Assembly: GCA_965205505.1 (NCBI GenBank)
Contig: CBDBHB010000006.1
Coordinates: 96,001 to 160,000, forward strand
Direction of reading: 5' to 3'
Origin: Acidobacteriota bacterium
Lineage (GTDB): Bacteria; Acidobacteriota; UBA890; WLXD01
Length of the DNA stretch: 64,000 bases
Below are positions 43,374 through 54,151 of the stretch, in pieces. The notes under the pieces are model-generated. The model was not told the origin of the DNA. It saw nothing but the letters and a program-made list of their open reading frames with translations, and did no database searches. Position 1 is the stretch's first letter, and each line of letters starts with the position of its first letter. Position numbers and translations under genes: made by a program.

Positions 43374-45458
43374 TCACTCTCCGACGGCTTCAGCCGCATC
43401 GTCGTCGGAAGCCGTGGGGGCTGAGAACAGGCCGGCCGCCAGCCGCTGGAAGCCCTCCACCGTAAGCGATTGGGCGCCATCGCTGAGAGCTTCGTCGGGT
43501 CGTGGATGCATCTCCACCATCACGCCTTGGGCTCCCGCCGCCAGCGCAGCCCGCGCCAACGGTGCCACCCAGCGGCGCACGCCAGCAGCGTGCGACGGGT
43601 CAACGATCACCGGTAGGTGGGTGCGCTCACGCACCACCGGGATCGCGGTGAGGTCGAGCGTCCCGCGGGTCGCCGTCTCAAAAGTGCGGATGCCACGCTC
43701 GCACAGGATCACATCCTGGTTGCCCTGCGCGAGGATGTACTCGGCAGCGGCGATCCACTCGTCGATCGACGACATCATGCCGCGCTTCAGCAACACCGGG
43801 CGTTGTGTCAGCCCGACCTCGCGCAGAAGTGCGAAGTTCTGCATATTGCGCGCTCCGATTTGGAGCACGTCGGCATGCTCCGCTACGCGTTGGACGACGG
43901 ACGTGTGGAGCACCTCGGTAACGATCGGAAGACCGTACTTCCGTCCTGCCTCCACGAGTAGATCGAGGCCGTCGTAGCCGAGACCCTGGAAAGAGTATGG
44001 GGACGTGCGCGGCTTAAAGCATCCGCCGCGGAGCATCGTCCCACCGGCCCGGCGTACGGATTCGGCGCAGGCATGGATCTGCTCGCGGGACTCGACCGAG
44101 CAGGGCCCCCCGATCAGCACCGGCTCCGGACCGCCGACTGCTACTTCGCCGATTCGCACCACGGTGTCTTCGGCACGCGTCGATCTGGAAGCGAGCTTGT
44201 ATGGCTTTTTTTCCAGCTGCGCGATGATCATCGCTCGCTCGTCGTCGGCCGATGGTTCGATCATTGCTTCAGCAACTGGTTTGGCCGGTCTGGGTTCCTT
44301 GAGCTTGGTGCCCTCCGTGAGGGCGGCATGCGCTGGGTACGAGCCGAGTACCTTCAGGAAGCGCGTTCGTGCCCCCACCGCGGTGAGCGCGGTCTGCACG
44401 TTGTCGTCAGCGACGTTGCCCTCGAAGTCCAGGTAGAAGAGGTACTCCCACGGCGCCCGTCGCCGCGGCCTCGACTCGAGCTTGGTGAGGTTGAGATCAT
44501 GATCGGCAAGCACCTGTAGGCACGCCGCGAGCGCGCTGTGCTCGTGTCGTGTGGCCAGCATCAACGATGTCTTGCAGGGAATGCACGGATCGCACTTCAG
44601 TGGCTCGCGCGCCACCACGAGGAAACGCGTGTAGTTCTCGGCCACATTGGCGAGGTTGCGGCGGATCACCGTCAGCCCGTGCAGTTGTGCTGCCTCCTCG
44701 CTTGCGATTGCCGCCTGCGACAGATCGCGCTCCCGAACGATGCGCTCGACCGCCATCGCGGTGTCCGTATACGACTCTGCTTGACACCTCGGCAACGAAT
44801 CGATGAACTCACTACACTGGGCCAGCGCCTGCGGGTGTGAAACGACACGGCGAATGCTCTCGATGGGTACCGACTCGATCGCCAAGAGGCAGTGCTCTAT
44901 ACGTAGCACCTCTTCTCCCACCGCCGACAGTAATGAGCGACCAAGCAGGTCATAGGCTTCGGTGACCGAGCCCGCGGTGCTGTTTTCGACCGGCAACACG
45001 GCGTAGCGGGCACGCCCTTCTTGCACCGCTTGGAGCGTCTCCCGGAAAGAGGGGAAGCCGATGAACTGCAGCTCGCCCGGTCGTTCTGCGAAGTAGCGTT
45101 TGCCGGCGATCTGACTGTAGGCGCCGGCGCTGCCCTGGTAGCTAACGCACAGCGTCTCGCCGTGCGTTTCCGAATCGGACAGCCCGACGAGATGTGACGT
45201 CTGGTGGCGCACCGACTGCTCCAGTATGCGGTGGAATACGGCGGTGACGTATCCGGGGTCGAGCCCCTGTCGGGCGCCCTCCTCGGTCAGCGTGCCCAGC
45301 AGGCGCCGTTCACGCTCGGGGTCGCGGGGTGACGCCCCGGTGGCTGCCTTGGACGCGGCCGCCTCGGCGATCATCTGCTGGCGCTCTGCGAGCGCGCGCA
45401 CCAGGCGTAGATCGATCTTGTCGAGCTCGCCTCGTATACGTTCCAGGTCGGTTCCCAT
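43374..45458 (-). CDS. Fused chorismate mutase / prephenate dehydratase (ACT) / DAHP synthase type I-beta
   Basis: AroQ-type N-terminus ([14 protein letters not shown]), PDT ([32 protein letters not shown]), DAHPS ([31 protein letters not shown]). Confidence 0.93.
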   Translation of the reverse strand: MGTDLERIRGELDKIDLRLVRALAERQQMIAEAAASKAATGASPRDPERERRLLGTLTEEGARQGLDPGYVTAVFHRILEQSVRHQTSHLVGLSDSETHGETLCVSYQGSAGAYSQIAGKRYFAERPGELQFIGFPSFRETLQAVQEGRARYAVLPVENSTAGSVTEAYDLLGRSLLSAVGEEVLRIEHCLLAIESVPIESIRRVVSHPQALAQCSEFIDSLPRCQAESYTDTAMAVERIVRERDLSQAAIASEEAAQLHGLTVIRRNLANVAENYTRFLVVAREPLKCDPCIPCKTSLMLATRHEHSALAACLQVLADHDLNLTKLESRPRRRAPWEYLFYLDFEGNVADDNVQTALTAVGARTRFLKVLGSYPAHAALTEGTKLKEPRPAKPVAEAMIEPSADDERAMIIAQLEKKPYKLASRSTRAEDTVVRIGEVAVGGPEPVLIGGPCSVESREQIHACAESVRRAGGTMLRGGCFKPRTSPYSFQGLGYDGLDLLVEAGRKYGLPIVTEVLHTSVVQRVAEHADVLQIGARNMQNFALLREVGLTQRPVLLKRGMMSSIDEWIAAAEYILAQGNQDVILCERGIRTFETATRGTLDLTAIPVVRERTHLPVIVDPSHAAGVRRWVAPLARAALAAGAQGVMVEMHPRPDEALSDGAQSLTVEGFQRLAAGLFSAPTASDDDAAEAVGE

Positions 45459-45486
45459 CTGCTCCTCGTTGCGGCTTTCAGGCCAC

Positions 45487-45516
45487 AAAAAAACCCGCCA
45501 GGTTGCCCCGGCGGGT
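45487..45516 (-). terminator. Attenuator terminator upstream of the CM-PDT-DAHPS gene
   Basis: - strand ACCCGCCGGGGCAACCTGGCGGG followed by T7. Confidence 0.88.
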
Positions 45517-45534
45517 CGCGGCCGATGATCGCTT

Positions 45535-45639
45535 TCAGGCTACACGACCCGCAAACGAAAAGAACGCGCAGGTCTGAGTCGGCACCGACGCGTGAGTCGC
45601 GCGAGCGTCGCTTGATTGGCTGGAGGCGTCCTTGAACAT
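45535..45639 (-). CDS. pheL: Phe-sensing leader peptide
   Basis: [34 protein letters not shown]. The GCGGGTCG right after the Phe codons is complementary to CGACCCGC at the terminator 5' arm. TTGACA at 45670-45675. Confidence 0.75.
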   Translation of the reverse strand: MFKDASSQSSDARATHASVPTQTCAFFSFAGRVA

Positions 45640-45768
45640 CGGCTGACGATCCGCCATCCCGCGGGTCGATGTCAAGGGCCTCGCCCCGTCGCCCTCGAAA
45701 CGAAGCCGTCAGGGCTGGTCAACGCGGCCGGCTTGCACTGCTCCCCGACGTTCTTCAACATCTGGAGC

Positions 45769-46263
45769 ATGAGCGATTCGAGTCTTGGGACACTTGCAGC
45801 TATCTGGATCAAGCGGGCCAAGCGCGGGCCCATGGACGCCGTCGAAACGGCACGGCTGGTTGCTGGTCTTGGCATCGTCGGCAATGCCAATCAAGGTGGC
45901 AAGCGCCAAGTCACGGTGATGGCGTCCGAGGCATGGGATGCAACGCGTGCCGACCTCGGGTTGAAGGTCGGCGAACGCCCCGCACCGATTGCTCGTCGGG
46001 ACCTGCTTACCACTGGGGTCGATCTGGCCGACAGTCGCGGCCGTGTGCTGCGCGTCGGCGACGTTCGCCTGCGCCTCAACGGCGAGACGGTGCCGTGTCA
46101 CTTGATGGAGGAGACCTGCGCCGGCCTGCAAGAAGCGATGCGGCCAGACTGGCGCGGCGGCGCGTTTGGCGAGGTGCTCGACGACGGCGAGATCGCACCG
46201 GGAGATCACGTGGAGTGGGTCGAGGGCGTGATACGGGTCCTTGCGAGCGCCGTCGACGTCTAG
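45769..46263 (+). CDS. MOSC-domain protein
   Basis: RQVTVM, ARRDLLTTGVDL, ETVPCHLME, RGG, GEIAPGD. Confidence 0.85.
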   Translation: MSDSSLGTLAAIWIKRAKRGPMDAVETARLVAGLGIVGNANQGGKRQVTVMASEAWDATRADLGLKVGERPAPIARRDLLTTGVDLADSRGRVLRVGDVRLRLNGETVPCHLMEETCAGLQEAMRPDWRGGAFGEVLDDGEIAPGDHVEWVEGVIRVLASAVDV

Positions 46264-46427
46264 TGCACGCCCCACAAATAGTGGTACGCCTGTAGAGTGT
46301 ATTGCGGGCGAGGTCAACGAGGAGTGTGCCTACGCTACTCCCACAAGGCTGATCAAGGGATTGCGTCAGCTACTACTTCCCCGCCGCTGCACGCACTCGT
46401 ATCATCGCCGGAGCAAGGGGGTGGGGC

Positions 46428-47088
46428 ATGCGCTTCGAGCTCCAGGCCGGTCTGTGGATCAGACCTGTGCTGGTGCCGTTCGGCGCCGGGCGAGGAAGGC
46501 GATTCGCCGATCTTGAGGACCAATCGCTGCACGTGCGGTTGGGCTGGCTGTTCAACGACACGATCGATCTGGCAGCCGTCGATGCCGTCGAGCGCTCTCG
46601 GTGGTCCCTGTACCTGGGGTTGGGCTGCTGTCTCGGATTCCACTAGTGGCCTGTAACAGATGATCGTTGCATATCGTGGTGGCGAAATGGGTCCGGATGC
46701 CAGGCGCGACGACGAGAGGATGTTTGCCCATCTTGGAGGAGGAGCAACGCCGCAGACGGGCCGATTTCGCCGCCATCCTACGGACAGATGGGCAGTTGCG
46801 GGCGATATCGGCGTTGCGCCTCGTCGACGATGCCCACTGCATCGCCTTCCTCGCCGCGCCTTGATCTCACCCGCAAATCCCATCTGCGATATGCAACGAT
46901 CATCTGTTACAGGCCACTACGAGTATGGGGTGCTGGTGTCGACGAGAAACGTCGTGCGGCTGCACTTCAAGGAACGGCAGGCGATGCCGGTGATGGGTCG
47001 CTTCAAGTTCCAGGCTGAATGGCTCTACCTGGCGCTCGAGGAGCCCGACCAGTTCATCGAAGAGATCGGCCGGCGCGTTTCGTCGTGA
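46428..47088 (+). pseudogene. 128-aa hypothetical gene interrupted by a MITE
   Basis: Removing 46646-46919 restores ...LGFH-Y-EYGVLVSTRNVVRLHF...LYLALEEPDQFIEEIGRRVSS* in frame. Confidence 0.8.
46646..46917. mobile_element. 272-bp MITE-like element (copy B)
   Basis: Perfect TIRs GTGGCCTGTAACAGATGATCGTTGCATATCG, flanked by duplicated TA (46644-45, 46918-19). Confidence 0.9.
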
Positions 47089-48830
47089 TCAGTCGCCGGC
47101 AGAGCGACAGAAAGACAGGTCGTGGCGGCGTGATCTGCTTGCTGCTGTTTGCCTTGCCCTTCGCGGGCGTTGGGACATTCGTCGGCTACCTGGCGGGCGC
47201 CAGCGTCTCGAGCTGGGTCAGGGCACAGTCGTGGGAGATGGTTCCGGCCCGCATCCTGAGCGCCAACCTCGAGGTGAGCCACGACAGCGACGCCACGACG
47301 TATCGCATCGAGGCCGTCTACGAATACGCCTATCAGGGTGAGTTGCACACCTCCGACGTCGTTCGCTTCGGCTTCGGGTCTGACAACGTCGGCTCGTTCC
47401 ATCAGGACAAACACGCCGAGCTGCAGCCCTATGTGGGCTCGGAGCGTCGCTTCCGCTGCTTCGTCAACCCGGCCGATCCGACCGAGGCCGTCCTTTATCG
47501 CGAGATGCGCTGGGGCATGCTCGGACTCATGGTCATCTTCGCGCTGGCCTTCAGCCTGGTCGGCTATGGCCTCATGTTTGCTGCCGTCTACGGCAGTCGT
47601 CTTGTAGCGGTGGCCGACAAGCTCAAGAAGGGCCACCCGGCCGAGCCGTGGCGTTGGGAGCGTGAATGGACCGCCGGCCGTGTATCGTCGGGCGCCAAGG
47701 GGACCGTGATCGGCGCTGCCATCTTCGCGGTTTTCTGGAACCTGATATCAGCGCCCGCTCTTTTCTTAGTTCCGACCGAAGTTGCCGATGGCAACCGCCT
47801 GGCGTTGATCGCCCTCATCTTTCCTGCCATTGGTTTGTTGCTGGTGGGGTGGACGGTGCGGGCGTTCCTACGCTGGCGTAAGTTCGGTAGCGCCACGTTC
47901 GAGCTGACCACCAACCCGGGTGTGCTGGGCGGCTACCTCGAGGGGCTGATTCATACCGGCATCCGCGGCAATCTGGATGAGGGTTTCGAGGTGACTCTGA
48001 CCTGCACCCGCACGGTCAGCACCGGTAGCGGCGACAACCGCAGTACCCGCGACGATGTCCTATGGCAGGACGCCGCCTTCGTGCGGCGCGGCACCCTCGG
48101 CTTCGGGCCCGAGGGGATTACGGTTCCGGTGCGCTTCGCCATTCCCTTCGCCGCCGCTCCGGCAAGCGATCCTGACGCCTCCCAGCCGATCCATTGGAAG
48201 CTGGCGGCCGAGGCCGAGATGACCGGGGTGGACTTCGCCGCCGAGTTCAAAGTACCTGTGTTCAAGACCGACGACAGCGATCCCGATCTGGAGATCGAGC
48301 CGGCCGAGGTCGATCAAACGAGCCCGCACGACTGGGCCGCTGAGCTCGCAACGATGGGGATCGAGACCGAGGCTACCGCGGCCGGTGGGCGTCGCTACGT
48401 CTTCCGCCGCGTCCGGCACAAGGGAGTTGCCGCCGGCGTGACGGCTTTCACGGCCGTCTGGTACGGGTTCATCTGGATGATGGTCTCGCTCGGAGCGCCG
48501 CTCGTGTTCCCGATCATGTTCGGGCTCTTCGCGGCGATCATGGTCTGGTTCTTGCTCGAACTGTGGGTCGCCGAGATCAGCGTCGAGGTTGGCAACGGAA
48601 CACTCGCTTTCACCAAGCGGCTGCTCGGGCCCGGTCGCTCCAGGTCCTTCATGCGCGACCAGATCACCGCCATGCGACCCACCCCCGGCATGCAGGCCAA
48701 CAACAAGCTCTACTACCGCATAGAGCTATCGACGCGCAATGATGACGAGCACATCATCGCCACCCAGCTCGACAGCCAGCGGCTCGCCCGCCGCCTGATC
48801 GGCGAGATGCAGGAGGTGCTCGGAGCTTGA
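47085..48830 (+). CDS. DUF3592-domain membrane protein
   Basis: TM-(W..VPARI..YEY..NPADP.EAVL)-TM module, PWRWEREW, further TM pairs. Confidence 0.75.
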   Translation: MISRRQSDRKTGRGGVICLLLFALPFAGVGTFVGYLAGASVSSWVRAQSWEMVPARILSANLEVSHDSDATTYRIEAVYEYAYQGELHTSDVVRFGFGSDNVGSFHQDKHAELQPYVGSERRFRCFVNPADPTEAVLYREMRWGMLGLMVIFALAFSLVGYGLMFAAVYGSRLVAVADKLKKGHPAEPWRWEREWTAGRVSSGAKGTVIGAAIFAVFWNLISAPALFLVPTEVADGNRLALIALIFPAIGLLLVGWTVRAFLRWRKFGSATFELTTNPGVLGGYLEGLIHTGIRGNLDEGFEVTLTCTRTVSTGSGDNRSTRDDVLWQDAAFVRRGTLGFGPEGITVPVRFAIPFAAAPASDPDASQPIHWKLAAEAEMTGVDFAAEFKVPVFKTDDSDPDLEIEPAEVDQTSPHDWAAELATMGIETEATAAGGRRYVFRRVRHKGVAAGVTAFTAVWYGFIWMMVSLGAPLVFPIMFGLFAAIMVWFLLELWVAEISVEVGNGTLAFTKRLLGPGRSRSFMRDQITAMRPTPGMQANNKLYYRIELSTRNDDEHIIATQLDSQRLARRLIGEMQEVLGA

Positions 48831-48841
48831 GTCAGCGTGCG

Positions 48842-49831
48842 TTAGCTGGCCGCCGCCTGGTAGGCGCTGGCGATCGCCATCAGCGCCAGCATGTAGAGCA
48901 GGAACATCATCGCCAGGTAACTCTTCGCCTTGCCGTCGGCTCCCTCGAACTCCTTCCACACGAAGATCCCCCATGCCGCCGCGACCATCGGTGCCGCCTG
49001 TCCGACCGCATACGCGATCGCGACGCCCACAAGGCTGGCGGAGACGAAGTTGAAGACCGCGCCGGTGCCCCAGATGAGGCCGCCCAGGAGTCCGAACACG
49101 TGGTTTTCCGGGGGCGCGGAGAAGAAACCGGAGAAGTTGACTGGTTCGCCCACGATCGGGTTCTTCATGAAGTAGACGTTGAAGACGAAGCTGCTCAGGA
49201 GTGCCGCGAGGGTAAAGAACACGGCGATGCTGTACGGGGTCAGCGGATGTCCGGCGGTCAGCGCCCGGGTCACGAACGGTGCGAACGCGCCCATTAGCAG
49301 CCCCGAGATCACGCACACCATCATGGCCTTTTTCGACACTGCTTCGCCCGCCGACGATACGCGGGCGTATGCCTTGCCGTCGAAGATCACAGCGCCGAGC
49401 GCGAGTGCCACGCCGAGGCCGAGGATCATCGGGTTCCCCACCGGCTGCAATGCGTAGCTGAGCACGACTCCGATTACGAGCGCGATGCCGATGGCGACAG
49501 GTAGTGCCACCGCGAGGCCGGCCATCTCGATGCCGGCAACGAGCAGGAGGTTGGCGATGTTGAAGATCGTCCCGCCGAGCATCGCGTAGGCGATGTTGCT
49601 GCGATCGGCGGACGCGACGTTGCTCAGGAACCCCTCTCCGGCGCCGCCGGTGGAGCCCATCGTGAACGCGTACACGAGCGAAGCGAGAAAGATGCCGAGG
49701 GCGAAGTCCCAGTAGTAGTACTCGAACCGATAGTCCTTGGTGAGCTTGATGGTATTGGCCCACGATCCCCAGCAGATGGTGCTGACGATCATCATCACCA
49801 TCGCCAAACCGAATGTTTCCGGGACGAACAT
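48842..49831 (-). CDS. DMT-superfamily transporter (GRP sugar transporter / ureide permease-like)
   Basis: CWGSWANT, RFEYYYWD, WGIFVWKEF. About 10 TM segments. Confidence 0.85.
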   Translation of the reverse strand: MFVPETFGLAMVMMIVSTICWGSWANTIKLTKDYRFEYYYWDFALGIFLASLVYAFTMGSTGGAGEGFLSNVASADRSNIAYAMLGGTIFNIANLLLVAGIEMAGLAVALPVAIGIALVIGVVLSYALQPVGNPMILGLGVALALGAVIFDGKAYARVSSAGEAVSKKAMMVCVISGLLMGAFAPFVTRALTAGHPLTPYSIAVFFTLAALLSSFVFNVYFMKNPIVGEPVNFSGFFSAPPENHVFGLLGGLIWGTGAVFNFVSASLVGVAIAYAVGQAAPMVAAAWGIFVWKEFEGADGKAKSYLAMMFLLYMLALMAIASAYQAAAS

Positions 49832-50168
49832 GTACCCTCCTTCTACCAGGATGCAGCCGCCGTTCACTGAGCATGGACAGCGTGAATCGCGCGGAGTCTA
49901 GCCAATCCCACTGGTACGCACCACGCCGCCGTTCTCACGCGAGGCGGAGTCGAGGTTAACGAGATAGGTTGGGGGGGGGCGCGATCCCGACGGTATCCTC
50001 AGCAGACGGACTCGCCATAGCTTTGGCTATCGAGGTGCAATGCTGCCGGAGCTCGAAGCTCCGCACGCTTGTCGGCGTGCTCGAGTTGCGCCGCCACCCG
50101 AGAGCGATCGGTCGCTCGATCAAAAACTCCCATCGCCGGCTACGCGGCGACTCGAACCGAGGACAATC

Positions 50169-53100
50169 ATGCGTAAGCTCAGCCCTCTTGTCACCATGGC
50201 AGCCCTGCTCGCGTTGGCGATGCCCGCCGCTGGATCGGCCGGGCAGGCGTCGCCCGCCGGTGCGCAGCACTACCTAGCGCCGCCGGAGGAGCGCACCACG
50301 GATCGGACTATCCTGCCGCCCTGGTTGCACGGTGTCCCCGTCGACCCCATGACCGGCTACCCGTACGGGTACCTGGTACTCGGCCAGGAAGACGAGGAAG
50401 GCGACGATGACGAGGAAGAGTCGCAAGACGACTGGGACGAGAAGGACCTGCCGCTCGAGCCGACACGCACTGTGGCATTCACCGCGACGGAGGGCTCCTG
50501 GCTGTCGTTGGACGTCAGCCCCGACGGGTCGACGGTGCTCTTCGACTTGCTCGGTGACCTCTACACCGTTCCGATGACCGGCGGAGAAGCGGTGCGAGTC
50601 ACCGAGGGGATGAGCTTCGACAGCATGCCGAGCTATAGCCCCGACGGTACCGAGGTGCTCTTCGTCTCGGATCGTAGCGGTTCGGAAAACCTGTGGGTGT
50701 TGAAGCTCGATGAGGACGACGAGGACGAGCGCTTTCGCCAGGTGACCAAGGACAAGAACAGCAACTTCGCGTCGTCCGAATGGACTCCCGACGGGAAGTA
50801 CATCGTTGCTGCCAAGGCGGGGGCAGGTGTTCGTGCCCAGAACCTCTTTCTGATCCATGCCGAGAAGGGCGGCGACGGTATCCAGATCGGAGAAGCGAAC
50901 AGCTCCATTCGCCAGATGGGCCCCGCTTTTGGCGCCGACGATCGTTGGATCTGGTTTGCCACACGCACGGGAGGCTGGCAGTACAACGCGATCTTTCCTC
51001 AGTACCAGCTCGCGGTCTACGACCGTCAGACCGGTGAGGTGAGCCGACGTAGCTCACGATATGGCTCGGCCTTCCGGCCAACGCTTTCGCCAGACGGAAA
51101 GTGGCTGGTCTATGGAACCAGGCACGAGGACCAGACCGGACTGCGGCTACGCGATCTCGCAACCGGCGACGAGAGCTGGCTAGCGTATCCCGTGCAGCGC
51201 GACGACCAGGAGTCCATCGCATCGCGCGACGTGCTTCCCGGAATGTCGTTCACGCCCGACTCTGCGGTGCTGGTTGTGTCGTATGGGGGCAAGATCTGGC
51301 GTGTCCCGATCGACGGTTCCGCCACAGTCGAGATTCCGTTCACCGCCGAGGTAGAGCTCGAGGCGGGACCCAAGCTCGCCTTCGACTACCCGGTTGACGA
51401 TCGTCCCGAGTTCGAAGTGCGCCAGATACGCGATGCGGTGCCCTCTCCCGATGGCCGCCAGCTCGCGTTCACCGCGCTCGACCGTCTCTACGTCATGGAT
51501 TGGCCGGACGGTGCACCACGACGATTGACCGAATCGGATGACGTCGAAGCCATGCCCGCCTGGTCACCCGACGGCGCGACGCTGGCGTATGTGACCTGGG
51601 ACCAGACCGACGGAGGGCATGTTTCGGCGATCTCGGCCGCTGGTGGTACATCGCGCCGGCTGACGAGAATGAACGGCACCTACACGCAGGTGGCGTGGGC
51701 GCCGGACGGCGAGCGCATCGTTGCGGTCCGAGGACCGGCGCGTGACTATCAGGAGGCCACCGGTCCGTCCTTTGGCGGGCGTGCGAGGGCCGATCTGGTA
51801 TGGATTCCAGCTGGCGGCGGTGACTGGACACGAATCGCCCCAATGAGCGGCCGTACCGCTCCACACTTCGGTGCCGATCCCGATCGCGTCTACCTGTATG
51901 CGGGCCGCGCCGGCCTGGTCTCGCTTCGTTGGGACGGCACCGATCTGAAGGAGCATCTCAAGGTCACCGGCCCGCCGATCCCGGGTGCGGAGGGGCCGCC
52001 GCCGCCGGCTGGCTGGGTGAAGATCGCGCCGACTGGCGACAAGGCGCTCGCACGCGTCGGTATGGACCTCTACGCCATCGAGGCCATTCCACTGGTTGGC
52101 GCCGAGGCGCCGTCGATCTCGATGTCGAACATCTCCAACGCACCAATTCCGGTGCGTAAGCTTACCGATATCGGCGGCGAGTTTCCGGCGTGGAGTGCCG
52201 ACGGCAATACTGTGCACTGGTCGATCGGCAACGCCCATGTGACCTACGACCTCGAGGAAGCCGAGCGTATCGACGAGGAGCTCGAGGCCGAGAAGAAGCG
52301 CAAGGCGAAGGAGAAGAAAGAGAAGGCAGCCGCTGACAAGGAGGCCGGCGAAGAGGGCGCAGACGCCCCCGAGGGCGACGAAGACGACGCCGGCGAGGAT
52401 GACGACGACGATAGCGAGGACGACGAGGACGAGGGTTATGAGCCGTTCGAGAAGCGCGTCGTGGTCATGGCGTCGCGAGATCTCTCAACCAGCACCGTAG
52501 TGCTGCGGCGTGCGCGCGTCATCACCATGAACGGCGACGAGGTGATCGAAAACGCCGACATCGTGGTCGAGGGCAACCGCATCAAGGCGGTCGGGCGGCG
52601 CGGCCGCGTGCAGATCCCGGAAGGCGCCGAGCGCATCGATCTGCGCGGCAAGACCATCGTGCCGGGCTTCGTCGACACACATGCCCACATGTGGCCGAAC
52701 TGGGGTCTGCACAAGCAACAGGTGTGGATGTACCTCGCTAACCTGGCTTACGGGGTGACCACCACGCGTGACCCACAGACCGCCACCACCGATGTGCTGA
52801 CGTACTCCGACAAGGTCGAGACTGGAGAGCTCATTGGCCCGCGCGTCTTCTCGACCGGGCCAGGGGTGTTCTCGGGCGAGCGTTGGCGCGACGCCGACCA
52901 CGCCCGCGACGTGCTCAAGCGTTACTCCGAGTATTACCAGACCAACACCATCAAGATGTACATGTCGGGCAGCCGCCAGACCCGGCAGTGGATCATCAAT
53001 GCTGCCCGTGAGCAGGAGCTCATGCCGACGACGGAAGGTGGGCTCGACCTGGAGTACAACCTGACGATGGCGATCGACGGGTACCCGGGGCAGGAGCACT

Positions 53101-53774
53101 CGCTGCCGATTTATCCTCTGTACGAGGACGTCGTGCAGCTGTTCGCGCAAACCGGAATCACATACTCGCCAACCCTGATCGTCAGCTACGGGGGGCCGTT
53201 CGGGGAGAACTACTTCTATACCAACGAGAACCCGTACAACGATCCAAAGATCCAGCGCTTCTATCCCTATTCTGCACTGGCGCCGAAAGCACGCCGGCGC
53301 GGTGCCGGCAGTGGTGGGAGCCCGGGCCCGGGCGGTTGGTTTATGGACGAGGAATACGCCTTCGAGGGCCACGCCGAGGTGCTCAAGCGCATCGTCGAGG
53401 CCGGTGGTCGTGGGGGCGTCGGCAGCCACGGCCAGTTTGATGGTCTTGGATACCACTGGGAGCTGTGGATGATCGCCTCCGGCGGAATGTCGAACCACGA
53501 CGCGCTTCGAGTGGCGACGATCCACGGCGCAGAGGGCATCGGCGTAGAGAACGATCTGGGCTCGATCGAGCCGGGGAAGATCGCCGACCTGATCGTGCTC
53601 GATGCCGATCCATTGCAGAACATTCGCAACACGAGCCGCATCTACCGGGTGATGAAGGACGGACGCTTGTACGACGGCGCCACCCTCGCCGAGATCTACC
53701 CACGCCAGCGGGAGGTACAGGGCATGTACTGGTCGGATAGCTACACTCCTTTCTCGGATGCCGGGATTCGCTAG
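50169..53774 (+). CDS. Secreted TolB/PD40 beta-propeller + amidohydrolase protein
   Basis: Signal peptide, WLSLDVSPDG repeats, PGFVDTHAH, GSIEPGKIADLIVL. Confidence 0.92.
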   Translation: MRKLSPLVTMAALLALAMPAAGSAGQASPAGAQHYLAPPEERTTDRTILPPWLHGVPVDPMTGYPYGYLVLGQEDEEGDDDEEESQDDWDEKDLPLEPTRTVAFTATEGSWLSLDVSPDGSTVLFDLLGDLYTVPMTGGEAVRVTEGMSFDSMPSYSPDGTEVLFVSDRSGSENLWVLKLDEDDEDERFRQVTKDKNSNFASSEWTPDGKYIVAAKAGAGVRAQNLFLIHAEKGGDGIQIGEANSSIRQMGPAFGADDRWIWFATRTGGWQYNAIFPQYQLAVYDRQTGEVSRRSSRYGSAFRPTLSPDGKWLVYGTRHEDQTGLRLRDLATGDESWLAYPVQRDDQESIASRDVLPGMSFTPDSAVLVVSYGGKIWRVPIDGSATVEIPFTAEVELEAGPKLAFDYPVDDRPEFEVRQIRDAVPSPDGRQLAFTALDRLYVMDWPDGAPRRLTESDDVEAMPAWSPDGATLAYVTWDQTDGGHVSAISAAGGTSRRLTRMNGTYTQVAWAPDGERIVAVRGPARDYQEATGPSFGGRARADLVWIPAGGGDWTRIAPMSGRTAPHFGADPDRVYLYAGRAGLVSLRWDGTDLKEHLKVTGPPIPGAEGPPPPAGWVKIAPTGDKALARVGMDLYAIEAIPLVGAEAPSISMSNISNAPIPVRKLTDIGGEFPAWSADGNTVHWSIGNAHVTYDLEEAERIDEELEAEKKRKAKEKKEKAAADKEAGEEGADAPEGDEDDAGEDDDDDSEDDEDEGYEPFEKRVVVMASRDLSTSTVVLRRARVITMNGDEVIENADIVVEGNRIKAVGRRGRVQIPEGAERIDLRGKTIVPGFVDTHAHMWPNWGLHKQQVWMYLANLAYGVTTTRDPQTATTDVLTYSDKVETGELIGPRVFSTGPGVFSGERWRDADHARDVLKRYSEYYQTNTIKMYMSGSRQTRQWIINAAREQELMPTTEGGLDLEYNLTMAIDGYPGQEHSLPIYPLYEDVVQLFAQTGITYSPTLIVSYGGPFGENYFYTNENPYNDPKIQRFYPYSALAPKARRRGAGSGGSPGPGGWFMDEEYAFEGHAEVLKRIVEAGGRGGVGSHGQFDGLGYHWELWMIASGGMSNHDALRVATIHGAEGIGVENDLGSIEPGKIADLIVLDADPLQNIRNTSRIYRVMKDGRLYDGATLAEIYPRQREVQGMYWSDSYTPFSDAGIR

Positions 53775-53835
53775 ATAGGAGTTGGCGGGGGCGTGTCTCC
53801 CGGCTGTGCGACATCCCAGTCAGGTCCGAAGCTCG

Positions 53836-53868
53836 AGGGCCGCCGGTTAGCGCCGGCGGCCCTTTCTC
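53836..53868 (+). terminator. Rho-independent terminator
   Basis: AGGGCCGCCGG-TTAGCG-CCGGCGGCCCT followed by TTCT. Confidence 0.65.
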
Positions 53869-53972
53869 ATGTCGGAGCACACGCCCCACAAAGATGAGCG
53901 GGGTACCTATTGCCGCTAACTGGTTCGCGACGGGAAGGAGCGTCGGCGATAGAGCGAACGCGATCGATCGAG

Positions 53973-54131
53973 ACTAAGAATATCTCTTGACATCTTATCC
54001 ACATCAAAACTCTCTCTATCACTTCGTCAAGATCACTTAAAAGTAAATAATGATTATTTAGTTCTTCTTGAGTTCAGATCTTAAGTTCGATATGGTCTAT
54101 TAACTATTTGTAATCAATACAAACTAATTAT
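53973..54131. promoter_or_regulatory. AT-rich island with DnaA box and 8-1-8 palindrome
   Basis: TTATCCACA at 53995-54003; TAAATAAT-G-ATTATTTA at 54044-54060. Confidence 0.5.
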
Positions 54132-54151
54132 GGCATTGACTGCGACACGAG

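Noticed and set aside
46646-46917. Self-splicing intron interpretation of the insert
   Set aside because: Terminal inverted repeats and TA duplication indicate DNA transposition. No group I/II motifs were seen.
52270-52440. Acidic/Lys-rich low-complexity stretch (also 25020-25110)
   Set aside because: Ordinary disordered linkers within secreted hydrolases.
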